Source: an uncultured Candidatus Saccharibacteria bacterium
GTDB taxonomy: Bacteria > Patescibacteriota > SOKK01
Assembly (NCBI GenBank): GCA_964518965.1
Contig: CAZFJP010000002.1
Span: 7,795 to 71,794 of the forward strand
DNA: 64,000 nt
Direction of reading: 5' to 3'
Positions 46,072-55,715 of the stretch are shown here, piece by piece (the first letter of the stretch is position 1; every line of letters begins with the position of its first letter). Below the pieces are notes generated by a model, which had not been told where the DNA came from, did not search any database, and saw only the letters and a program-made list of their open reading frames with translations. A program made the translations under genes and the position numbers.

Positions 46072-46791
46072 TTAGAAATTATTGTGAAACGATACTTCTA
46101 ATGCTCTAGCAAAATGCTTTAGGATAGCCTGATTATAATCATAGCGCATTCTTTTTGGACCAATTACACCAAGCATCCCCTCGCTATCACCATCTCCAAA
46201 ATAAGTAACCAAAATACTGCATTCCCGGATCTCTTCTTTGGAAGTTTCTTTACCAATCAAAATCTGCGATTTAGTATCAGCGGGAATCTTTTTAAATAAA
46301 TCAAGTAGTTGAGAAAAATCTTCTAAGATCTCCACAATCTGAGCAGCTTTTTTAGAATTCTTAAATTCAGGTTGTTTTAAAAGATTGGCAATACCAGTGT
46401 AATAAACTCTTTTATGTGGCGAGATCCCAATCGCAATACACTGAGTTAGCTTTGCAATTACTCTTACTGCTTCATTAAGAAAACTATCAAAGTCCTCATT
46501 CTCATTCTCTTTCTCTTTCAACCGAAATTGATTTTCAAAGTCTAAAATTAGCTCTGGCAAGAATTGATCAACAAAAAGACGATAGCCCTTATCTGTGGGA
46601 ATTCGCCCGGCGGAAGGATGGGGATGCATAAGATATCCTGCTAGTTCAAGAGCGTGCAATTCATTGCGAATTGTCGCCGGACTGAGATCGAGATTAATAT
46701 TCTCAGAAAGCCATTCCGACCCAACCGGTTCTGCGGTATCAACATATTCCCCAATTAAAGCTTTCAAGATCTCCCTTTGACGCTCATCCAT
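46072..46791 (-). CDS. hrcA: heat-inducible transcription repressor HrcA
   Basis: 239 aa; MDERQREILKALIGEYVDTAEPVGSEWL is the HrcA winged-helix N-terminus. Confidence 0.9.
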   Translation of the reverse strand: MDERQREILKALIGEYVDTAEPVGSEWLSENINLDLSPATIRNELHALELAGYLMHPHPSAGRIPTDKGYRLFVDQFLPELILDFENQFRLKEKENENEDFDSFLNEAVRVIAKLTQCIAIGISPHKRVYYTGIANLLKQPEFKNSKKAAQIVEILEDFSQLLDLFKKIPADTKSQILIGKETSKEEIRECSILVTYFGDGDSEGMLGVIGPKRMRYDYNQAILKHFARALEVSFHNNF

Positions 46792-46823
46792 TTTAATAGG
46801 TTAAAACTAGCTTTTTCGAACTT

Positions 46824-46850
46824 TTAGCACTCTCAATATGCGAGTGCTAA
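46824..46850 (-). promoter_or_regulatory. CIRCE operator (TTAGCACTC-N9-GAGTGCTAA), the HrcA binding site upstream of hrcA
   Basis: Perfect consensus inverted repeat 33 to 59 nt upstream of the hrcA start. Confidence 0.9.
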
Positions 46851-46892
46851 TTCATTATAGCAAACGCTAAATTATTGTCAAGTGCCAGACAT

Positions 46893-46952
46893 CAAAAAAC
46901 AGCTCCGCCCCATGTGCCGCATGGCACATGGCCCCGAGATGGAGCTGCTTTT
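46893..46952 (-). terminator. long GC-rich terminator hairpin for the 46967-47254 gene
   Basis: CAGCTCCGCCCCATGTGCCGCATGGCACATGGCCCCGAGATGGAGCTG followed (on the minus strand) by TTTTTT. Confidence 0.7.
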
Positions 46953-46966
46953 ATCTCAGACAATCT

Positions 46967-47254
46967 TTATCTAGTCGGCGGATGACAAACTTTGCAAGGC
47001 TTTAGGTGCAACTTTTTGGCAGTTGAAAGCTTGATTTTAATCTTACCGTGACGTAAGTACTTACATCCAGCACGATGATACTTGTTTCCTGTTTTTGTTT
47101 TATAAACTGTTGGATTGTGTACTTTCTGGATACGGAAAGCAGGATCAGCTTTAGGAGTAGGTACTGATGCCGCACTTACAGCGACAATAGAGAGAAGTAA
47201 TGCAGTAATAATTGCGGGAATAACCAGAAATCGCTTGGAAAATTTTGGATTCAT
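46967..47254 (-). CDS. small secreted protein with a C-terminal Cys/His cluster (YHRAGC...CKVCHP)
   Basis: 95 aa with a signal peptide and a putative metal-binding tail. Confidence 0.5.
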   Translation of the reverse strand: MNPKFSKRFLVIPAIITALLLSIVAVSAASVPTPKADPAFRIQKVHNPTVYKTKTGNKYHRAGCKYLRHGKIKIKLSTAKKLHLKPCKVCHPPTR

Positions 47255-47411
47255 TGTAGTAATTAGTAGATTTTTTAATGTCTAGTGCCAGTATAGCATT
47301 TCCTGCAATAAAGTCAACCTAAATAGCATAACATAAATAGCATAGCCCAGTTAGTATACTGAATACTGACGGGTCCACTCTAGCAGAACAAGCCAGATAA
47401 AAAGAAGAAAA

Positions 47412-47981
47412 TTAGATTCCTAAATCAATTAAAGCGTTGTTCTCGCTTAATACGTCTAAATCTCCTCCTCTAAACTTCAAGCCTTTTGCCTTTTTATCAA
47501 CATCAAAAACCACCATTCTCTGTTTCGAAGTGTTCGGGTTTAGTTGTTCCAAGAATAAATCTTTGTCTTGAGGGATGTAAAAGATAGTATCAGTGGAAGC
47601 ACTGAATTCTCTACCCTTATCATCGATCAAGACCACAGCTGAACTATCTGCAGTTTTTGCCTCTTTACCAGTATTTTTGACCTGCAAAGTGACTATTACA
47701 AAAACACCACTGGCTTTCTTGGGACCATACAATCCGGTAGTATCTTTCAGTGTCGCTTGTTTTTTTACACTAATAACTTTCCACTCAACATCTCCCGCTT
47801 TAACAACCTCCCCAACTTTCCCCTTATTTTCAGTTCCCGCAACTTGCTTTGATACCTCCGAAGCACATTTTCCGCAAGCAACACAATTGATTACACCGAT
47901 CAAGACAATCACTCCCAAAATTATCAGAATGATAATCAGGGCTACACTTGGTCCCTTTTTCACCGGTTTTGTCTCGGTCAT
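47412..47981 (-). CDS. DUF4352-like membrane-anchored protein
   Basis: 189 aa; N-terminal TM with CxxCxxC; beta-sandwich region ...VIVTLQVKNTGKEA... recalled as DUF4352. Confidence 0.55.
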   Translation of the reverse strand: MTETKPVKKGPSVALIIILIILGVIVLIGVINCVACGKCASEVSKQVAGTENKGKVGEVVKAGDVEWKVISVKKQATLKDTTGLYGPKKASGVFVIVTLQVKNTGKEAKTADSSAVVLIDDKGREFSASTDTIFYIPQDKDLFLEQLNPNTSKQRMVVFDVDKKAKGLKFRGGDLDVLSENNALIDLGI

Positions 47982-48015
47982 TTTTGTTCCTTTCGTTTAA
48001 ATAATAAAAATTTAT

Positions 48016-48183
48016 CTAATAAGGATACCAAGTATATTGACACTTATGACAGCGCCAGGCGCTAGGTAATAGTAAGAGTAACAAGCCAATAGGAAAGAAG
48101 ATTACTGCAAGTAAATAAATGAGAAAATGTCTTACCTGATAAGTATCGTCAGTATTACATTTAGGACAATTATACCTAATCAT
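48016..48183 (-). CDS. unlisted 55-aa zinc-ribbon membrane peptide (MIRYNCPKC...CHKC)
   Basis: ATG at 48183; two CxxC pairs flank a TM helix; below the ORF-track length cut-off. Confidence 0.3.
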   Translation of the reverse strand: MIRYNCPKCNTDDTYQVRHFLIYLLAVIFFPIGLLLLLLPSAWRCHKCQYTWYPY

Positions 48184-48263
48184 CTACTGAGATTTAAGAA
48201 TGATTTTAAATTAATTCTATCTTCACTAAATTAAAATAAAATTAAGACAGAATTAAAAATTAA

Positions 48264-48653
48264 TTAAAGCACCTTCGCAATCTTCAAATCAATATCAACA
48301 TTCAAACTCAAAGCCTTTCTCTCCAATTTCCTCACCAACTCAAACTCCTCACTAATCCTCTCCATCTGCAATCGCGATAAAACTGGAATTTTAATTTTCT
48401 CCGGGTCGGCAGGGCAGATCTTAGCTAAACAAGCATTCAAAAAACCAACTCTTAAAGTTGGCTTTTTGATTTTGCCGACAAAAATTAATTGAATGAATTG
48501 AGATTGGTTAACCTTATTTAATTGCTCCAAAACCAAACCTCCGTCCCGACGCATTCCCAGAACTAGTCCTCGCCCTGTATCAGGCGACACAGGGCACAGC
48601 CACTCACTAAAAACCTCCTTAAGCGGTACTAATTTGACTTCGTCCTTATGCAT
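48264..48653 (-). CDS. hypothetical protein
   Basis: 129-aa ORF preceded by a highly structured GC-rich leader. Confidence 0.5.
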   Translation of the reverse strand: MHKDEVKLVPLKEVFSEWLCPVSPDTGRGLVLGMRRDGGLVLEQLNKVNQSQFIQLIFVGKIKKPTLRVGFLNACLAKICPADPEKIKIPVLSRLQMERISEEFELVRKLERKALSLNVDIDLKIAKVL

Positions 48654-48683
48654 TTAAGCAAACTAAAAAGCGAGCACCCGACG

Positions 48684-48806
48684 CTGATCCACACATGCAT
48701 CCCGAAGAACGCTGTTTGTGAAAAGCCGAGTGCCCGCTTTCCTTTCGCAAACAACGCGAAAGCGGGCAAACGCTCTCAAATCCTTCGGGACTAAATATGG
48801 ATCAGC
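48684..48806 (-). ncRNA. GC-rich nested-helix RNA element in the 5' leader of 48264-48653 (riboswitch or cis-regulatory RNA candidate)
   Basis: On the minus strand: outer CTGATCCA/TGGATCAG, then CCCGAAGG/CTTCGGG, an inner 10-bp GCCCGCTTTC/GAAAGCGGGC hairpin, and GCGTTTG/CAAACAGC; GC far above the flanks. Confidence 0.4.
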
Positions 48807-48861
48807 AAATTCATTTTAGCACTGCCTTAATTCAAAGCAAGGGTTTTAATCTTGCTTTAAT

Positions 48862-48892
48862 TTAAAAACCCCATGCTATACAGCACGGGGCG
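48862..48892 (-). terminator. terminator for 48943-50541
   Basis: Minus strand CCCCGTGCTGTATAGCATGGGG followed by TTTTT. Confidence 0.65.
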
Positions 48893-48942
48893 CCGCTCGC
48901 AACAACCTATTACTTGTTACCTCTTACCTAATTATCCTCTTG

Positions 48943-50541
48943 TTAATAAATCTCATCCTTCTTATCCCTAATGTAAGAGATCCAATGATCTAACACCGGA
49001 ATCAGGCTCTTAAATGGCGCTTCAATGACCCGGTCCAAAACAAAAACCAAAATATTAACTTTTGGCAACTTCTGGGCAATCCACTTTCCTGCCTGAATAA
49101 AGGGAATAGAGAAAAAATCAATAATCGCCGTAAGCAAATTACCTTCACTCGGCAGAACAATTAATTCACGCATGCCGTAACGCAAACGGATACCAAAGAA
49201 GCTTACTGCAGTTAAGAAGAAAAGGAACAAGAAACCACCAATCCAGTTAAAACCGGTCTTATAAAGAACAAAAATAATCAAACCAAAAGAAAGAAGAAAA
49301 GCCAGCGAGTAAAAAACATTAAAAATCACATTTAACGTTGGATGGGGACGAATGTTGCGACTGGATTTATAAATAATGGAATCTTTCTTCTCTAAATAAG
49401 CAATCTTAAAAATAGAATTAACAATTTCCGCAGTATTTTTAGACGAAGGAATCCGCACACTTGCGCCAATAATTAACATCAGGGTCGGATGAAACGCAAT
49501 GTTAGTAATAAACGGAAACCAAAACACTTTATTATGTAACCAGAGGTCATAAGGCAGTTCAAAAATAAACGCCAAAACCGTTTTAGTACAGAAAATATAA
49601 ATGACACTCCGGATAAAGTTACGGCGCAATTTAGAGCCATAAGCTTTATAACGTTCCTCGCATTTTTCTTTAATTTGTTCTTCAAACTTAAAGGGATCTT
49701 CAATTAATTTCTCAATATTATCAATATTCTCAACAATCACATCATTCAAAACCCAAAAAACCATTGCATAGCGACGTAACTTGCGAGTAATCAAGTTATT
49801 GAAATTATTATTAATATAGCTCTCAATTTTATCTTTAAGTGCCGGGAGATTAATAGCAATTTGATTAATCGCATCCAGATGAGGATTTTTAATCCAATCG
49901 GGATAAATCTTTTTAAAAATACGATAACTTAAAATCGCGTTGTCTGCTTTATAAAGTACTTTATTCATCACAATATAAAGCTGGAGATTTTTATCCGCAT
50001 CAGAAAGCTTAGCATCTCCCCAATCCAGTTCCGAAGTTAAAATCGGAGTAGCAAACTCAATTAACGCTTCTTGGGGTTCCGAAGAAACGAGCAAGTCTTC
50101 AACTTCACAAGCCAAGATCCCCAAAACCCAATCCTGCAATTTATTGCGTTTCTGAAACGGCACTTGTGCAACACGATCAAAAAGCACTTGGTACTTCTGT
50201 AAAACAAATCTAATTTGAGAAACAGCGCTTTCGGGAATCGTTTCATTTTTAAAATAACCAGCGCGGATTAAGTCATCAACTAAGAGTTGCGCAATTTGCT
50301 CCTGATCACGATAATAAAACATCAAGCGACGGATGATGCGACGAATCGCATTCTTGCGCAAAAGATGCTCATCGTGATATTCCACGGAGTTGCGAAAACG
50401 CTCGTACACCAAAGCCAATCCTTCTAGAGTACGTGTGGCTTTCACCCGTGGACCTTCTTGGGATTTTTGGAAACTCTCCCGGAGCTTTACAATCAGCTTT
50501 GCGAGCTCGGGAGAAATGGTCATTTTTTGTTTAAGAAACAT
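48943..50541 (-). CDS. large hypothetical membrane protein (soluble N-terminal ~330 aa plus C-terminal TM bundle)
   Basis: 532 aa with no recognisable family. Confidence 0.55.
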   Translation of the reverse strand: MFLKQKMTISPELAKLIVKLRESFQKSQEGPRVKATRTLEGLALVYERFRNSVEYHDEHLLRKNAIRRIIRRLMFYYRDQEQIAQLLVDDLIRAGYFKNETIPESAVSQIRFVLQKYQVLFDRVAQVPFQKRNKLQDWVLGILACEVEDLLVSSEPQEALIEFATPILTSELDWGDAKLSDADKNLQLYIVMNKVLYKADNAILSYRIFKKIYPDWIKNPHLDAINQIAINLPALKDKIESYINNNFNNLITRKLRRYAMVFWVLNDVIVENIDNIEKLIEDPFKFEEQIKEKCEERYKAYGSKLRRNFIRSVIYIFCTKTVLAFIFELPYDLWLHNKVFWFPFITNIAFHPTLMLIIGASVRIPSSKNTAEIVNSIFKIAYLEKKDSIIYKSSRNIRPHPTLNVIFNVFYSLAFLLSFGLIIFVLYKTGFNWIGGFLFLFFLTAVSFFGIRLRYGMRELIVLPSEGNLLTAIIDFFSIPFIQAGKWIAQKLPKVNILVFVLDRVIEAPFKSLIPVLDHWISYIRDKKDEIY

Positions 50542-50619
50542 GATTAAAGCTTAACTTAAAACGAAAAATGAAAAACCTACCATTTACATTATAAGTCAAT
50601 CTTCAAAAAATTACAGTTA

Positions 50620-50830
50620 AAGATAGCATATTTTAAGATTTTAGTCAATGGTAGGGTATTAAGGTAGGGTATTAAAAATCTCTTCTTCAGGAAAATGACA
50701 GTGGCTAAAGGCAAAGAGTAAAGAGTAAAGAACAAAAGACAAAAGCGAAGAAAAAAGATAAAATTTTGTCTTTTACTTTCACTTTTACCCTTTAATTTTT
50801 GCCTTTTACCTTTTCAATGATAGTCTCATG
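50620..50830. repeat. low-complexity / palindromic repeat tract (GGTAGGGTATTAA x2; GGCAAAGAGTAAAG... mirrored by CTTTTACTTT...GCCTTTTACC)
   Basis: Direct and inverted repeats read from the sequence. Confidence 0.55.
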
Positions 50831-50957
50831 AAAAGTCGCCACACCATAAAAAGGTGACGTCTCCCCCACCTTGCATCATACAGTGTGGTGCCTACCTCCA
50901 TGACATGGCGAACCCAACAAAAAAACCTGCCAACTCTGACAGATTATTACAACTTGT

Positions 50958-51031
50958 TGGTAGCGCCTACGAGAATCGAACTCGTGTTACCAGGATGAGA
51001 ACCTGGCGTCCTAGCCGCTAGACGAAGGCGC
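50958..51031 (-). tRNA. tRNA-Glu (anticodon CTC)
   Basis: Acceptor GGCGCCT/AGGCGCT, D-loop GTCTAGCGGCTAGGAC, anticodon loop TTCTCAT, CCA encoded. Confidence 0.8.
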
Positions 51032-51093
51032 CGTAATTAAAAACGACCGAGGGGTCATTTTTAGTATAGGAAATTATTACAGTTTAGGCAAAC

Positions 51094-51672
51094 TTATCCC
51101 CCTCCGAACTTCTTCCGCTTTTCCCTTTCCCGATCCTCTCTTGCCCAACAATAAGAACAATTCAATCCTTTATTCCTCAATTGATTTGTCAATCCTTCCA
51201 CAAAACCACCGATACTGCCATTTTTCACAAAAGGAAGCCTAAAAGTACCTCCCTTATTATTAACTTCAAAAAACTTCTTACACCCGCATTGATCACAATT
51301 CATTTCTATAAACAAGTGATCATTTTCATCTTCATCTCGATACTCAAAAATGTGGGTATGGAATCTTTTGAGAATAGCATTAAATTCCAAGTTAATCTCA
51401 CTAATCTCTTTACCTTTTAATTTAAAAACATCAAAGGCTTCTTGGCAACGTTTCTCGCTATAAATAATATTATGCAAATCACTCCAACGCTCCCCAATTT
51501 CCGGCGAATGATCTCCTTTAAGTACCCGACTAACATCTTGCTCTGCTTGTCTATAATCAGCTAAAAAAATCTCCTGCATTCTCTCTTGAATCACAGGATA
51601 TTTTATTAACTCTTGATAACGATTATCCACTGAATCTTCTCTTACTGATTCAATTTCAGGAGTTTTTTCCAT
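51094..51672 (-). CDS. hypothetical Cys-rich protein (CDQCGC...CSYCW)
   Basis: 192-aa ORF. Confidence 0.5.
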   Translation of the reverse strand: MEKTPEIESVREDSVDNRYQELIKYPVIQERMQEIFLADYRQAEQDVSRVLKGDHSPEIGERWSDLHNIIYSEKRCQEAFDVFKLKGKEISEINLEFNAILKRFHTHIFEYRDEDENDHLFIEMNCDQCGCKKFFEVNNKGGTFRLPFVKNGSIGGFVEGLTNQLRNKGLNCSYCWAREDREREKRKKFGGG

Positions 51673-51807
51673 CGAAAAAGATTAATTCAAACAATATGAA
51701 ATCCGGGGTGAGTTCGGAATATTTTTTAAAGGAGTTACTAGAATTTTCCATTTTGATTTAAAATAAATTCCTTCTTCGATAACCCCAGTTAACTGAAGCT
51801 AAGATAA

Positions 51808-52732
51808 TTACTGATAAAGACCTTCAATAACTCGACCAAGTATTTCCCCAATCCTATCACAATCACCAGTCATTATCGCGGCATAATTACGACGTGAGTA
51901 CCAATCTACCAAAGTATCACAGTCACCATGACAATGCGTATTGATTTTTTTATTGGGGAATCCCAGTTTGTAAGAATTATCTACTGACTTATTTGAGTTA
52001 ATCCAGAATGGTTGGGTCTAGGTACAACCAGAAGCATTAGTAATTTCCACCCGAATATATTTTTCTCTTCCTTTAATGTGATATGACCCTCTTTTCCCAC
52101 GACAGAAACGGTAAACATGTCCGCTTTTACCAATATATCTAATCAGAGAAACTCGATTTGCCTTAACGGTAATCCGTTTTTGAGAAGGATTGTAAGAGAT
52201 AGCAGTAAATCGTGCTCCCGAGCTCGCATAAAAATTACCGGCTTTTAAAATCGCGATAAGACTTTCTTTACTTGCGTCAGGCAAATAGGCAAAAAAATCC
52301 TTTTCCGCGTTGACTCTCCGAATGACTGTCATCAACTCCAAAACTCCAAATCCTCTTTCCGGAAGTTAAGGCTGCATCCCATTTGTCAGTAGCAACTCGG
52401 CAACACTTCTGAAGAAAACTGTTATAAATTTCAATTCCGAGATAATTTTCGGCTGCAATCAGGTTTCTGATGCGATAACCACGACAACGGAGATTGGGAT
52501 GAGCCAAAATTGCCACCCCGCCTTGCAAATTAATCGCATCAATTCTCTCCTGCAATGACAAAGTTGTATCCACATGCTCAGAAACATTTAAGGCAATAAT
52601 ATGATGCTGTGATCACCCGCTATTTTCCTCACCGGGAATTATTATCAGATTGCGATCAGCTAAGCCTGGTCTAGCCAAACAAACGAATACCACTACCAGT
52701 AACAAAGTTTTTCTCACCAAATTATTTTTCAT
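51808..52732 (-). pseudogene. secreted PHP-domain metal-dependent phosphoesterase, disrupted by at least three frameshifts or stops
   Basis: Successive minus-strand frames give MKNNLVRKTLLLVVVFVCLARPGLA (signal peptide)*, ...HHIIALNVSEH..., ...GVAILAHPN...GIEIYNS...WDAALTSGKRIWSFGVDDSHSE..., ...SYNPSQKRITVKANRV..., ...THCHGDCD... Confidence 0.45.
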
Positions 52733-52779
52733 TATTTTTTAGAATTGGATAATTAAACTATTTCTATCTGTCAGAAAAT

Positions 52780-55377
52780 TCACCACAACGGATTCTTAGA
52801 CACCGGCAGAGGGGTTAGAGGTTTGCCGATATTCAAGCGGTTAATTATTTCCTGATCCACTAATCTAAAATCAACACCATACTTCATTCGGGAAGTTTGT
52901 CTCACTAATTCCCCCAAACGCACATCGCCACCCTGAAGCGGGGGTAGGAACGCCATGTCAAACGGCTTGCTGGCAACATTATCAATAGAAAGTACAACAT
53001 AAGCATGGAACTTATCAATATTCAATAAATCATGCTGGTCAAAAGTAGGTTGATAAATTTTCTCCATAATCTCTGCATCTTCCGCGCCAATACGACCACA
53101 CAAAATCGTCCCGACATTACCAAACACTGCTTCTCTCAAGCGCGCTTTCAAACCATAAGTTTCACCTGCCTGTTCAATCTGAGCAATATACTGGTGCGCG
53201 ATAATTAAATTCAGAGCATATTTACGAGCTTCAGATAAAATAGACTCAAAGGAATCAGTAGCAAAATTCTGGAATTCATCTACGTATAAATAGAAATCGC
53301 GGCGTTGTTCTTTTGTCATGCGCGCTCGCGCCATTGCTCCCATTTGAATCTTCGCGACAATGATTAAACCAAGTAACTTCATATTCAACTCGCCAATTTT
53401 CCCTTTGGAAAGCTTCACGAGTAAAATTTTCCCTTGATCCATAATCTCCTGAATATTGAACGTGGATTTTTGCTGACCGATGATGTTACGCATCAGACGG
53501 TTAGTCATGAACGCGCCAATCTTACTAATCACCGGACCAAGCATTTCTGACTTATGAAAGTCTGTCGTCTGTGCCATTTCCTGATCCCAGAAAGCACGCA
53601 CCACCGGATCAGTTAATTTCGCTAATTTGATTCTCTGAAAATTAACGTCAGTAATAATGCGAGGCAATTCCAGCAAAGTTGCACCACTTGCCGGATCCGC
53701 CATAATCGTTAAGAAGGCATTGCGCACAATATGATCAAAGCGCGGACCCAAAAACTCTTCATAGAGTTTATGAAAAATAGCAATCATTTCACCGACAACA
53801 AAATCCTTTTCAAATTCCGTATGGAACTCCAGCATATTCAATCCCATCGGACGCTCAATATCAGAGGGATCAAACAACACCACATCGCTCACTCTTTCCG
53901 GCGGAATCTGAGTCAAAATGGTATCAATTAAATCACCATGCGGGTCAATAACACAAACCCCCTTGCCATTACGAATATCCTGAACTGCCATATTTGCTAA
54001 AAACTCGGATTTACCCGTACCAGTACGTCCAATCATATACATATGGCGGCGGCGGTCATCATCTTGAATCCTCACTAACTTCTTCATTCCCCGATAAACT
54101 GACTCACCAAGAATAATTCCTTCATCAGGCAGATTTATCGGAGGAGGAGCTTGCTTCGCATGAATCCACTCCACACTTGGAGTATCCAGATTCTTATTAG
54201 GAAAGTGAAAAATGCTCGCTAACTCTTCCGTGTTCAGAATCATAATTTCCTTTCTGCGCCATGGAAAGTAACGGAAAATATATTTCTTAATAATTCTCTT
54301 TTCGTTTGACTTTTTAATCGTACCCACAAAAGGAACAAAATGTTTCCAAGGCTTCTTTAAGTACCAGGGTTTAATTGGCTTTAAGCCGTTGAGATTAGGA
54401 GAACTAAACTGCATAAAGGCACTTAAAATACTTCCCATTTTCATCTCTGCTTCACTCTCGCTTGGTGCCGCAGTGACAATTCGCATTGTCGTCTTGAAAT
54501 CAATTTTACTGGCTTTCATCCCCAAGCCCTCTAGTTTTTCCTCATCCATTGGAGCTAAACGCATCTCCGGCTGCTGCTGTTCCTGCCCAGCTTTGGGACC
54601 AACGACACTAAACAAAACATCGCCGGCTTTACTCAAAACTCTGGAACCACCAGTGCTACTGCCACCCTCGGCTAATTTATCCGCGACTTTCTTGGCACGC
54701 TCGCGCCACTGACCGCTACTTGGAACTAGCATAATCTGAATTGCCGCACCTTCGTTTTTACCTAATTTACTTAAAGCGTTAGTAATACTATTTAATGGAT
54801 CACCTTCAATTTTCTGATAAGTATTAATCGGATAAATCGGATCCTTTATCTGTTGCATTACTACTGCTGCAGTTGCACACTTAGGACTGAAAATATTATA
54901 TTGGGGAACACGCTCAATCAACGCATCCGGATAATTAGCATTGATTTGTTTTTCTACTAATTCTACGAGATGGCGAGGAACCGTAACATAGAAACTAATC
55001 TTTCCTTCTTTGCTTGCAATCTCCAAACTAAGATATTCCTTGCCATAAACCAAGCTTTCCTTTCCGCTAAACTGAATGCTTGCCAGATTAGCTAAAAGTG
55101 GTTCCATTAAGCCGATTAACTGCTTAGGATCTTGCCTTTCAACATCTTCATCAGCTGCTTCCCGACGCACCCTCACCCTTAACAACACTTGGTCCAAAGC
55201 ACGAGGAATCTTCTTGCGCTGGCGGAGGTAAACAATCAAACCAAAAACCACCGCTGCAATTAAAAGGAGAAATGCGATAATCATAATTATCAAAACACCG
55301 TAACTTGTAAATAAGTTGCTGATGAAACTTGTCGGATCGGTTGTAGTTGAGTAATCCATAAAAATGTTAGATGTCAA
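52780..55377 (-). CDS. VirB4/VirD4-superfamily (T4SS/conjugation-type, DUF87-like) AAA ATPase with an N-terminal TM anchor
   Basis: 865 aa; Walker A GRTGTGKSEF around residue 440, Walker B FYLYVDEFQNF, then a NLIIAHQYIAQI Q-motif; one N-terminal TM; ~400-aa N-terminal domain of unknown type. Confidence 0.55.
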   Translation of the reverse strand: MTSNIFMDYSTTTDPTSFISNLFTSYGVLIIMIIAFLLLIAAVVFGLIVYLRQRKKIPRALDQVLLRVRVRREAADEDVERQDPKQLIGLMEPLLANLASIQFSGKESLVYGKEYLSLEIASKEGKISFYVTVPRHLVELVEKQINANYPDALIERVPQYNIFSPKCATAAVVMQQIKDPIYPINTYQKIEGDPLNSITNALSKLGKNEGAAIQIMLVPSSGQWRERAKKVADKLAEGGSSTGGSRVLSKAGDVLFSVVGPKAGQEQQQPEMRLAPMDEEKLEGLGMKASKIDFKTTMRIVTAAPSESEAEMKMGSILSAFMQFSSPNLNGLKPIKPWYLKKPWKHFVPFVGTIKKSNEKRIIKKYIFRYFPWRRKEIMILNTEELASIFHFPNKNLDTPSVEWIHAKQAPPPINLPDEGIILGESVYRGMKKLVRIQDDDRRRHMYMIGRTGTGKSEFLANMAVQDIRNGKGVCVIDPHGDLIDTILTQIPPERVSDVVLFDPSDIERPMGLNMLEFHTEFEKDFVVGEMIAIFHKLYEEFLGPRFDHIVRNAFLTIMADPASGATLLELPRIITDVNFQRIKLAKLTDPVVRAFWDQEMAQTTDFHKSEMLGPVISKIGAFMTNRLMRNIIGQQKSTFNIQEIMDQGKILLVKLSKGKIGELNMKLLGLIIVAKIQMGAMARARMTKEQRRDFYLYVDEFQNFATDSFESILSEARKYALNLIIAHQYIAQIEQAGETYGLKARLREAVFGNVGTILCGRIGAEDAEIMEKIYQPTFDQHDLLNIDKFHAYVVLSIDNVASKPFDMAFLPPLQGGDVRLGELVRQTSRMKYGVDFRLVDQEIINRLNIGKPLTPLPVSKNPLW

Positions 55378-55440
55378 ATGTTAGATGTTAGATGTGATAA
55401 TTTACATCTGCCACCTGACATCTTCCATCTACCATCTTCT
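55364..55440. repeat. GTTAGATG(n) ... CATCT(n) palindromic repeat
   Basis: AAATGTTAGATGTCAAATGTTAGATGTTAGATGTGATAATTTACATCTGCCACCTGACATCTTCCATCTACCATCTTC. Confidence 0.65.
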
Positions 55441-55715
55441 TAATAATGTACATACACCGGAGTTCCATTGACCGCCCAATCATAAACACTTTTTGCAACT
55501 CCTTTTATCAAGCGCACACACCCGTAAGAAACGGGATGACCAAGATCATAGACAGACTCTTGCGCACCACCGAAAATTGGTAACTCGTGAATGCCATTAA
55601 TTAAAGAACCAGAGCGATAGAAACCCAGAAACCAAGGCATCCAGTATTTCGCCACCGGTGCCCAAGCTATTGGGTCATGCATAAAAACTTTAAAGTTACC
55701 ACATCTTATAGCCAT
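55440..55715 (-). pseudogene. L,D-transpeptidase (YkuD) catalytic-domain fragment; the upstream N-terminal region (to ~55990) is degraded
   Basis: 91-aa ORF with the HPVSYGCVRL active-site motif; upstream frames show only broken pieces. Confidence 0.45.
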
